DNA of 39,252 bases from an uncultured Candidatus Bathyarchaeia archaeon (GTDB lineage Archaea > Thermoproteota > Bathyarchaeia > 40CM-2-53-6 > JALHTG01), in assembly GCA_964529995.1 (NCBI GenBank), contig CAZGZF010000002.1, forward strand, positions 1-39,252, in the 5' to 3' direction. Below the pieces are notes generated by a model that ran no database searches, had not been told where the DNA came from, and saw only the letters and a list, made by a program, of their open reading frames with translations. Positions within the stretch are counted from its first letter, which is position 1; every line of letters starts with the position of its first letter. Position numbers and translations under genes: made by a program. This document shows, in pieces, positions 16,034 to 23,931 of the stretch.

Positions 16034-17129
16034 CCGTTCTCAGGTGCTTGAGAGCTTCTTCCCGACAACGCAAGGCCTGCTCCCGAGATGTCGTTGGCAA
16101 ATCAGTCATCATGTAGTGAGGGGAGAAGGCGAGCAGGGTATAAGGAATTCTATCATCAATGCTTGAGATGAATTCGGCTATGGAACCTACCTCCGCCTCA
16201 TCAACATAACCGGGAATCAGCAGTGTACTGGCTGCGAGAACTGGGAGATCGGGACGCGCTTCGAAATACTTTGTTCCGGCTCGTTCGAAATTCCTGAGTG
16301 AGTGGATGTTCGAAATCCCGCAGATTCCCCGAGCCAAACCTTCAGTCCAGAACTTGAGGTCGAACTTCACGTTGCCGCCCGTCTGAAGAGATAGTTCCAT
16401 GGCCTGATCGAGATAGTCAGGGTTCATGTGGCCGTTTGTCTCCCAGCAGATCCTCAGAATGCGCTGGTCACGCCCTGCCCCAGCCACTGCCAGACGACTT
16501 GTCTCTAATGCGTGCGGCATCTGAGGCGACGGATCTCCTCCGAAGAAGCATATACATGAAACGGATTCGCTCACCTTAGAGGCTAGCGCTTCTGAACTGA
16601 CAGTAGGAAGGTTGCTTAATGCAAGTCTTCTATAGTGCCAGTTTTGACAAAAAAGGCAGTCGAACGAGCAGGCTCCATAGAAGACTGCCAGATTGTCATA
16701 GCCTTTCTCAGCTCTTCCTGAAGTGTGCGAATACTTGGGAGATCCGGCTCCAGTGCATCCCGGACAAAACCACCACGCAACACAGTTGGTAGGAAGGCTG
16801 TCATAATACCACTCAAGCACTCCTCGGTTGGAAGTTCCTCCCCTTCTTTCGACCTTCCCTTGTGAGTTGAACACGAGGCCGCAGTAGCCCACCTCTTGAT
16901 CTGGGATCAAACAGTTGTTTGCACACACTCCGCATGGTAGGCCTTTCCTTGGCGGAAAAGGCGGCAGGCCAAACTCGGCGCGACTATTCTCATGGATTCT
17001 GTCGGTGACTGCCAAAGCCTCGTCGGCTTTTGTCGAAAGACATAGTGAACACACATTGACGCCTCTCGAAATGCTGGGGCTTGTTGAGCCGCACACCTGA
17101 CAGCTGCCCAACCCAGGACACAACGTCAT
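16002..17129 (-). CDS. Radical SAM protein, PflA/AmmeMemoRadiSam (AmrS)-like activase family
   Basis: The CxxxCxxC cluster is CSFDCLFCQNWHY. The upstream Cys-rich segment CGVCANNCLIPDQEVGYCGL is typical of AmrS-like enzymes. An extra N-terminal CxxC...CxxC ribbon is present. Confidence 0.8.
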   Translation of the reverse strand: MTLCPGLGSCQVCGSTSPSISRGVNVCSLCLSTKADEALAVTDRIHENSRAEFGLPPFPPRKGLPCGVCANNCLIPDQEVGYCGLVFNSQGKVERRGGTSNRGVLEWYYDSLPTNCVAWWFCPGCTGAGSPKYSHTSGRAEKGYDNLAVFYGACSFDCLFCQNWHYRRLALSNLPTVSSEALASKVSESVSCICFFGGDPSPQMPHALETSRLAVAGAGRDQRILRICWETNGHMNPDYLDQAMELSLQTGGNVKFDLKFWTEGLARGICGISNIHSLRNFERAGTKYFEARPDLPVLAASTLLIPGYVDEAEVGSIAEFISSIDDRIPYTLLAFSPHYMMTDLPTTSREQALRCREEALKHLRTVRIGNELLLS

Positions 17130-17137
17130 AATGACGC

Positions 17138-18874
17138 ATGATCGAGCGTATCAAGGATTCGCTCTTCAACATCCAAGGTCTCGAAAACCGTTATGGCAAA
17201 CCTCAGATATCTGTCCTACAGGTATGGAGAGAAGATGTGAGAGAATCGCCAATCTCTGCTAAACCGAACTCTCCGAATGTTGCGCTTCTCAGGCGCTTGG
17301 CAAGAGCAGCTACGAAAGGTGAACCGTTGGTGATCGTCGCCACTGCTCTATTGCTTTACAGTGCGTTCGCGTCTTGTTCCTTCAACGAGGGAGACTCTTT
17401 CAACTTTGCAAAGGCACTAGTGAAGTTCGATATTGTTGCAGAGCAACCGCATTCCCCCGGGTATCCATTGTACATATTTCTGGGACGCGCCTTTTTCCTG
17501 CTGACCGGAAACCAACATAATGCTCTTGTCTGGATCAGCGTTGCAAGTGGAGCTCTTACTCTCCTTCCCCTCTATTTCCTGGCAAAAGAGATGTACGGCA
17601 GAGCAATCGCAGTTACAACATGTCTTGTCTTAATGGTCCTTCCCGGATTTTGGCTGCTCAACGAGAAGGCGACAACCGACGCTCTTTCAACCTTCCTCCT
17701 GACCCTAGGTGTAGTTCTGTTATACTTTGGCAGGAAGGGAAATAGCAGAGCAATGTTGCTCTCCACGATGGTCTATGCGCTTTCGATCGGCGTGAGGCCG
17801 CCCAATCTCGCATTTCTCGCACTTTGGCTATACGTTGGGCTATGCAAAAGAAATCTTAGGGATCTTGTCTTGTCGATACTGGTCTTCCTTTTGACGGTTG
17901 CAGCATGGCTTGTGCCCGTGGTCTGGGTAACCGGCTGGGATGAGTTTCTGTCAGCAACGAGGCACGTGTACGTCGGAACAGCAAATACGGACTTCATATT
18001 GGCGAAACCTCTCGGGCTAGATCCTTACGAGAGGTTTCTATTTGCGGTCGCCTCTGTGTTCACATTTGCGCTGGGCGGCATGCTTCCTCCAATTCCCGGT
18101 CTCAAGTTCCCATTTACTTCAACAAACATTCCTGCGTACTACATCCTTCACGACACGGTCTGGCTAAGTACATTGTTCTGCGCGGCTATCAACTTCAGAA
18201 AGATTGTGGAAAAAATGTTTGCTTTTCTTTGGATTGTGCCCCACTTTGTTTTCGTATACCTCTTCGGATCTCCCATTCATCACCGGTACTATCTTCCGAT
18301 CTTCCCACCACTTGTGCTGCTTGTGGTTTCGTCACTAATGATGTTGATTGATAGAGGAGGCAGCCTGCTCAGGTTTCCAAACACAACTCGAAAACTCGCG
18401 CGATACATCGGCCCCTCTTTTCTTGTCCTCACTCTCATAGCACATACGATGCCTCTGGCTGAAAGACTTCACACAGAACCTGCTCCAGTGACGCAGCTAG
18501 TGAAATACGTCAAGGCCAACTACGACCCGTCCAAGGTGGTGATTATCGTATTTCACGAATATGGCGCTTTTGAGATGTTTGCAGAGGAATTTCGATACTA
18601 CCACAGCCGCAAAGGGATCAGAGAGGCGCTCCGCACATTGGCGAACTCCTCAAGCGACCACACATTGCTCGTTACGAGTACTGCCTACGAGTATCTTGTG
18701 AAACACCCATCAGTGTTGCGACTTGAGATTGAAAGAATAGCTGAATTCTACTTGGATCCGCGAGCTGAGATCGAGGATCACAGGGTCATATTGTATAAGG
18801 TGCATGTTGCTCGTGTTTCCAATAGTACAACTTCTTCGGATCCTGAGCTGATGTTCCCGAAACAAATGGCCTGA
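17138..18874 (+). CDS. GT-C fold membrane glycosyltransferase, DUF2723/TMEM260-like (GT39-related)
   Basis: 578 aa with more than 10 TM segments. The first-loop motif GDSFNFAKAL...HSPGYPLY matches the DUF2723 signature (GDSGE...HPPGYPL). A soluble C-terminal domain follows. Confidence 0.7.
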   Translation: MIERIKDSLFNIQGLENRYGKPQISVLQVWREDVRESPISAKPNSPNVALLRRLARAATKGEPLVIVATALLLYSAFASCSFNEGDSFNFAKALVKFDIVAEQPHSPGYPLYIFLGRAFFLLTGNQHNALVWISVASGALTLLPLYFLAKEMYGRAIAVTTCLVLMVLPGFWLLNEKATTDALSTFLLTLGVVLLYFGRKGNSRAMLLSTMVYALSIGVRPPNLAFLALWLYVGLCKRNLRDLVLSILVFLLTVAAWLVPVVWVTGWDEFLSATRHVYVGTANTDFILAKPLGLDPYERFLFAVASVFTFALGGMLPPIPGLKFPFTSTNIPAYYILHDTVWLSTLFCAAINFRKIVEKMFAFLWIVPHFVFVYLFGSPIHHRYYLPIFPPLVLLVVSSLMMLIDRGGSLLRFPNTTRKLARYIGPSFLVLTLIAHTMPLAERLHTEPAPVTQLVKYVKANYDPSKVVIIVFHEYGAFEMFAEEFRYYHSRKGIREALRTLANSSSDHTLLVTSTAYEYLVKHPSVLRLEIERIAEFYLDPRAEIEDHRVILYKVHVARVSNSTTSSDPELMFPKQMA

Positions 18875-18881
18875 TGATTAG

Positions 18882-19475
18882 GTGTTACAGATGAGAGCGA
18901 AGGAGTACTACAATAGAGTTGCAGAGAAGTACTCCGCAATGATTACCAGAGGAATAGGGGGGACGCTCAAGGACAGGGAGAAGAACTGCTTGATGGGCCT
19001 CCTTTCTCCGAAAGAAGGTGAGAAAATACTTGATGTGGGTTGTGGCTCGGGTTTCTATGCGAGTCTAATCAAGCGGTGTGGGGCAAGCGTCTTTTGCGTT
19101 GACATCTCTCCTGGCATGGTTGAAGTCGTCAAAAGTCTTGGAATAGAAGCTGAGGTCCACGATGTTGAGAAATTGAGCTTGAACAGAAGATTTGACAAGG
19201 TCCTCTGCGCAGGCCCCCTAGAATTCTGCAAGAGCCCCCTAGCGGCGCTAGAGAATCTACGACATCATCTTTCCAAGGAAGGATGTATGGTCCTCTCGGT
19301 TCTTAACGTCTCACTGATAGGAGTCGCGTACAAGATTTACCATTTATCCCATGGCATCAGCATGAACCTGTTTTCGCTGAATCGCATTACTGCTCTACTA
19401 GATCAGGCTGGGTTCAATATTGAAAAGATCGAAAAGCCTACCTCGTTTATGTATGCAATCAGGGCGAGACTGTAA
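18882..19475 (+). CDS. Class I SAM-dependent methyltransferase
   Basis: SAM-binding motif I is ILDVGCGSGFYA, with an acidic post-I residue (CVDISP). The start is GTG 18882 or ATG 18891. Confidence 0.8.
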   Translation: MLQMRAKEYYNRVAEKYSAMITRGIGGTLKDREKNCLMGLLSPKEGEKILDVGCGSGFYASLIKRCGASVFCVDISPGMVEVVKSLGIEAEVHDVEKLSLNRRFDKVLCAGPLEFCKSPLAALENLRHHLSKEGCMVLSVLNVSLIGVAYKIYHLSHGISMNLFSLNRITALLDQAGFNIEKIEKPTSFMYAIRARL

Positions 19476-19536
19476 TCAAGCCTCTATGTGTACTAGATAG
19501 CTCAGCATTCGCAAGGTTCACAGGTCGTGGTCCATG

Positions 19537-20400
19537 TCATTTGGACGCTGAGGCCCTGAATCCCTCGGGATGCAGAGTAAGTCTCTTCAAAGCGCTAGGA
19601 AATGGGAGCTCCCTTCGGGTCCTACGCTCAAGGCTAAGGCTCAGAGTTGTATAGAGCAGACCCAGGGATAGCTTCAACGGATTGAAGGTGGATTTTCCGT
19701 GTAACCTTCGCTGAAACGTCACTTCCACACTATCAGAAATTTTGTTGCCGTAGCCCTTCCGAACCATGTTGTTCATCCACCGCACGTCTATGTCAAGTCC
19801 CGGAGCATCTTTCGGAATCGTTTCAAGAAACACTTCTTTGGTGCCTGCCTTGAATCCTGTTTGCACATATTCCAGTCCAAGCAGTATCTTCGTGAGTCTC
19901 TTGAACGTCTCAGAGATGAACCGACGGGAGAAGTTCTCTGATCCGTGATTCCTTCCTACGGAGACATAGTACCCTTGATTTGCTATGACTTGAACGAGCT
20001 TAGGTATCTCTCTCGGGTCATACTGACCATCGGAGTCTATGACCACGACCACATTGCCTCGCGCTATCTCTACTCCTCTCCGTATTGCGCTTCCGCGGGC
20101 TCCGCCGGAGTGGCAAATTTTGATGAACTCGCAGCCAGGCCGCTTCGAGATATTATTCAGGACTTCCTCTGTGCGATCAATCGTGTTGTTAAGAACGAAT
20201 ATCGCTTCAGCCAGCTGAGAGTAATGCTGTCTCAGCGTTTCGAGCCACTTACAGAGCGTTTCGGCGTTTTGTTCTTCGTTCATCGTTGGAAGAACCACAG
20301 ACACGACTAGCTGATCTGGCGGTATGCATCTATGTCCGGGCATGCTGGGCGTTCCCGTGCGTTTGAGCTCCACAGGTTGGCATTTCGATTCGAAGGCCAA
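19537..20400 (-). CDS. Family 2 glycosyltransferase (dolichyl-phosphate sugar synthase-like)
   Basis: VSVVLPTMNEE and VVVIDSDGQYDP (DxD region) are typical of GT2/DPM1-like enzymes. The probable start is ATG 20343 (the ORF-track TTG is 20400). Confidence 0.85.
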   Translation of the reverse strand: MAFESKCQPVELKRTGTPSMPGHRCIPPDQLVVSVVLPTMNEEQNAETLCKWLETLRQHYSQLAEAIFVLNNTIDRTEEVLNNISKRPGCEFIKICHSGGARGSAIRRGVEIARGNVVVVIDSDGQYDPREIPKLVQVIANQGYYVSVGRNHGSENFSRRFISETFKRLTKILLGLEYVQTGFKAGTKEVFLETIPKDAPGLDIDVRWMNNMVRKGYGNKISDSVEVTFQRRLHGKSTFNPLKLSLGLLYTTLSLSLERRTRRELPFPSALKRLTLHPEGFRASASK

Positions 20401-20576
20401 TAGGCCTTAGCGTAACCTGTGGCCACTCTTGAGGCGCGACCTCTGCTATGGCGCTTTTCAGCCTTTAGATTTTCGGTCGGAGATGTACAAGATTAGTGAG
20501 GCTCAGACATCGTCAGGGAAGATTCCGAAGTTCAAAGTCTTAAGATGAAGATGTGTAACATCTTTCTCTGATTCAG

Positions 20577-21443
20577 TTGAGAAACTGCCTGACAATTGAT
20601 CTGGAATCGATCTCACATAGATACCTGACCGAGAGGAGATATCTGTCTGAAGCGGGAAGGAGAGTAGTCGACGTTGAGAAGAACAGGAGAGCTCTTGACT
20701 CAGATTTTCTTCTTTCTTCCACTAGGAAGATGCTGCAGGCTATCAGGCGACATGGGCATGCAGTGACCTTCTTCGTTGTGGGCGAAGTATACGAGTGGTA
20801 CCCTGCTCTTGTTCAAGAGATAAAGGAGATGGGTCACGAGGTGGCTCACCATTCCCACACACATTTTCCAATCGATACTCGCGTTTCTTTGAGAAAGGAG
20901 CTTCAGAAATCCGGCAAATTTCTTCTGACCTTCAGGCCTAAAGGCTTCCGGGCACCCAGAGCGTCCGTCAGCCGTGAGTGCGCTGCAGAATTGGCGAACC
21001 ACGGGTTCGTTTACGACAGCTCAAGCTATGGCCCCTTCAGGGACTCTAGACTGGTGTCAGGTGTCATCGAAGTGCCCATCTCAACCTATGGACCGCGTTC
21101 GGGTTCACACCTGACTCTTCCTAGGCCTCTCTCCTTTGCATTGCTTCGAAATTGTGAGATACCGTTTGGGTCAGGCTATTTCATAGCACTTCTTTCATCG
21201 ATAAGCCCGAGCTTGGTAAGCTACTTTATCAAGAAATCGAACAAGAAAGGCTTCCCTGCAATACTTTCTCTTCATCCTTGGCAACTATATGAAGGACACA
21301 TCAGCTCATTGCTGAAATGGGGGCCGTCACGACTGGGAATCTTGCCCTACGATTTCTCCTGCCACCGTGCGTTCGAACACCTTCTCAGAAGCCATAATTT
21401 CTGCACGGTGTTTGAATTGCTTGAGACCATGAATATTCTCTGA
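20577..21443 (+). CDS. Polysaccharide deacetylase (NodB-like/DUF3473-like) family protein
   Basis: LTIDLES, TFFVVGEV and GHEVAHHSHTH metal-binding blocks. TTG start. Confidence 0.75.
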   Translation: MRNCLTIDLESISHRYLTERRYLSEAGRRVVDVEKNRRALDSDFLLSSTRKMLQAIRRHGHAVTFFVVGEVYEWYPALVQEIKEMGHEVAHHSHTHFPIDTRVSLRKELQKSGKFLLTFRPKGFRAPRASVSRECAAELANHGFVYDSSSYGPFRDSRLVSGVIEVPISTYGPRSGSHLTLPRPLSFALLRNCEIPFGSGYFIALLSSISPSLVSYFIKKSNKKGFPAILSLHPWQLYEGHISSLLKWGPSRLGILPYDFSCHRAFEHLLRSHNFCTVFELLETMNIL

Positions 21444-21558
21444 GCACAGTTTTCGTCCGAGGAGATATTGCTCGACCATACGTCGGTTTCAAACCAAGCA
21501 CATGCTTAAGGGGGGCCGCGAGCTTGAGCGGTTGAGCTGTCTCGCCCCAGAGACTCAG

Positions 21559-22044
21559 TTACCTAAGTGCCTTGCTCATCACTATGGCGCTTTCACCGTT
21601 CTGGTAGTAGAACGGTATTTGTCTTGTCTCTTGGAATCCAAGCTTCTTGTACAGTTCTATGGCTGGCCTATTTGACATTCTGACCTCTAGAAAACATTCC
21701 TCAGCATTCTTCTCGATAAAGCTCTGTGTGGCTTCTTCCACAAGTTCGCTAGCTACACCTCTCCTTCTGTGTTCAGGAAGGACTGCGACCGATACTACGT
21801 GTCCCTTTCTAGCAAAGTGGAACCTGCTTGCCTCCGAGAAGCCTCGCTCCAGTCTACACATGATGTATCCAACTATTCGATTGTCATTCAATGCAACAAG
21901 AAATCCCTCTGGATGTTTTGCATGGATGTCCAGAAAAAAAGTTGACGTATAGTTTTCCGGCAAGCAGGTTCTGTTTATTTCCATTACACTTTCCAAGTCT
22001 CCCGATTCGAACCTTCGAATTCTGATAGCTTGCACTGCATCCAA
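21559..22044 (-). CDS. N-alpha-acetyltransferase (archaeal Ard1/RimI-type GNAT)
   Basis: IRIRRFESGDLESVMEIN, GHVVSVAVLPEHRRRGVA (acetyl-CoA Q/RxxGxA motif), LEVRMSNRPAIELYKKLGF. TTG start. Confidence 0.85.
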   Translation of the reverse strand: MDAVQAIRIRRFESGDLESVMEINRTCLPENYTSTFFLDIHAKHPEGFLVALNDNRIVGYIMCRLERGFSEASRFHFARKGHVVSVAVLPEHRRRGVASELVEEATQSFIEKNAEECFLEVRMSNRPAIELYKKLGFQETRQIPFYYQNGESAIVMSKALR

Positions 22045-22139
22045 GGTTCGGTCAGCCTCTTGTGTTGAGGATGAGGTATAAGATCTTGTCGAAGCTCAGT
22101 AAAACCTGGTTGCCCGTTTTCAAAGTTGTCTGCAATGGA

Positions 22140-22147
22140 TTTATATG
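22140..22147 (+). promoter_or_regulatory. TATA-box-like element upstream of the M50 protease gene
   Basis: TTTATATG lies 43-50 nt upstream of ATG 22190, in the divergent spacer shared with the acetyltransferase gene. Confidence 0.35.
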
Positions 22148-22189
22148 ATGTTCTATCGCTCGATACGTGAAGCAATCAAGGGTCCGTAA

Positions 22190-23305
22190 ATGTCACAGCC
22201 GCTCGATAGCACAGAAAACAAAACCGTTCCCTTCGCTGAAGCCAAGGCCTCCGTATCGTCGAGGTTCACGATCACCGATGCGTATCAGGATCCTCAGAAT
22301 GTTCCCACGTTTGGGATAGTTCATGAACCTGCCAAGAAGAAGTTTGAAGGCCTAGTTGATGAGTTGTCTGACAGGGGCCTGGTTCCGACGCTCCGGTTGG
22401 AAGGAGATGACCTTCTGATAAGGGTGTACCCCAAACCCACGCCAAGACCAACGAGGCCACTGCTAAACGTGGGTCTCTTTGCGGCCACGATTGGAACAGT
22501 CTTCGCCACGGGACTTGTGCTCTGGGAGGGGTCGGTGGTGCAGAGAGAAGTGCTTATGCCTGAAGCCAACGCCTATCTTCAGGTAGGCCTCTTCGTCCTA
22601 TCACTTCTGGGGGTAGTCGGGCTACATGAGTTAGGACACAAGATCGCATGTGAAGTTCACAACATGGATTCCACGATGCCATACTTCATCCCAGGCATCC
22701 CGCCGACCGGCACCTTTGGCGCAGTGATCTCGCTCAAGAGCCCTCCTCGCAACAGGGACGCACTGTTCGACCTTGGGTTCAGTGGGCCTCTGGTGGCTTT
22801 CGTGGCCCTGCTGATAGTGACAATCCTGAGCGTCCAGGCCGCCTATCTGGTTCCGATAGGGCAGGCGATATTATGGAACAAGCTGAAACTTGCGCAGTCA
22901 GCGTCTTGGCCTGAATATCCTCTCCTGTTCGACCTACTCATTCCGGTCGTCAGGCCCCATCCATCGGGGTTCGCACTTTTCTTCACACAGATCGAGTTTG
23001 CTGCCTGGGTGGGCAGTCTGATCAGCTATCTGAACCTGTTGCCCATCTGGCAGCTCGATGGTGGGCATCTATCCAGAGCGCTGTTCGGGTCGAGGGGGCA
23101 CAGAATTACAAGCTATCTTGGATTGGCGGTGATGGTCATATCAGGGTTCTGGTTATTCGCTCTCCTTCTTTCGATAATGATGTTTGCCAGAAGAGGGCTA
23201 TCGGGGGTGACACCTCTCGATGATTGGTCGCCTATATCCACATCAAGGAGACTTCTGTACGTGATTGTCGTCGTAATGATAATCCTTCTTTTCGTCAGGC
23301 TCTAA
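22190..23305 (+). CDS. Site-2 protease family (peptidase M50) membrane metalloprotease
   Basis: HELGHKIA (HExxH) lies within a TM helix. The second motif is NLLPIWQLDGGH. There are multiple TM segments. Confidence 0.85.
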   Translation: MSQPLDSTENKTVPFAEAKASVSSRFTITDAYQDPQNVPTFGIVHEPAKKKFEGLVDELSDRGLVPTLRLEGDDLLIRVYPKPTPRPTRPLLNVGLFAATIGTVFATGLVLWEGSVVQREVLMPEANAYLQVGLFVLSLLGVVGLHELGHKIACEVHNMDSTMPYFIPGIPPTGTFGAVISLKSPPRNRDALFDLGFSGPLVAFVALLIVTILSVQAAYLVPIGQAILWNKLKLAQSASWPEYPLLFDLLIPVVRPHPSGFALFFTQIEFAAWVGSLISYLNLLPIWQLDGGHLSRALFGSRGHRITSYLGLAVMVISGFWLFALLLSIMMFARRGLSGVTPLDDWSPISTSRRLLYVIVVVMIILLFVRL

Positions 23306-23639
23306 TATTGGCGTGAGTATGTGCCCGGTGAGTTTGGCAAAGACTGACAACGCTTATTCGACGAGACGTGGTTCCATGCGAAACGGCACGTCTTGAACCA
23401 GTAATGATTGTGCGTACCGACGGTAAGCGCGGACGAGGACAGACTGCGGGACTTTAGAGACCCTAGGTTTGGGATAACCCTCTGATTGTGATTGCTCTCG
23501 ATTAGGTCAGGTCTTCAGCAAGCAACGATGATAGTCCGATGCAACTTCTTCTGCGTGCTGTGAGCGCAAAGACCGCTCTGCGAGACATATGCGGCGTTCT
23601 CAGGCATACGTTTGAGGAATACAAGGCGTCGCGAATATT

Positions 23640-23861
23640 CTAGGCCAATCTGATGAGCGGGTTGATCTTGTTGCCGTCGGCGCCTTTCGAGATATGAATC
23701 TGCTTTGCCGTTCCCGCCCTAGGTGCTGTAATTTCGTTTTCCATCTTCATAGCTTCTGATATTAGCAACGCCTGCCCAATATCTACCTGTTCTCCCCTGT
23801 GAACTAAAATAGAGGCTACTCACCCGGGCATTGAGGCATACACTACTGCTTCCGTATCAGG
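23640..23861 (-). pseudogene. Biotin carboxyl carrier-type (biotinyl/lipoyl) domain gene interrupted by an in-frame TGA
   Basis: The minus-strand reading is PDTEAVVYASMPG*VASILVHRGEQVDIGQALLISEAMKMENEITAPRAGTAKQIHISKGADGNKINPLIRLA. It carries MPGxV and EAMKM motifs. TGA is at 23820-23822, the terminal TAG at 23640-23642, and possible starts are GTG 23841-23843 and ATG 23829-23831. Confidence 0.6.
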
Positions 23862-23931
23862 CTATTTTTGGCTGTCGTCGACAGAGATTTCGCCCCTTTT
23901 TGCTTTGACTTTTTTGAGCTCGACGGGAGCT

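Noticed and set aside
23505-23535. GGTCAGGTC...AGCAAGCAACG resembling the 5' strand of SRP RNA helix 8
   Set aside because: The GNRA tetraloop and the complementary 3' strand with the conserved AGCA/GGAA asymmetric loops are missing. No SRP-like 5' domain could be drawn around it.
23820-23864. Genome-wide stop-codon reassignment (TGA as Sec/Trp/Gly, TAG as Pyl) as an explanation for the in-frame TGA and the upstream in-frame TAG of the BCCP-like ORF
   Set aside because: TGA, TAG and TAA all terminate multiple confident genes in this window at family-appropriate lengths. The TAG at 23862-23864 is adequately explained as the normal upstream boundary of the ORF. Only local recoding or a pseudogene remains possible.
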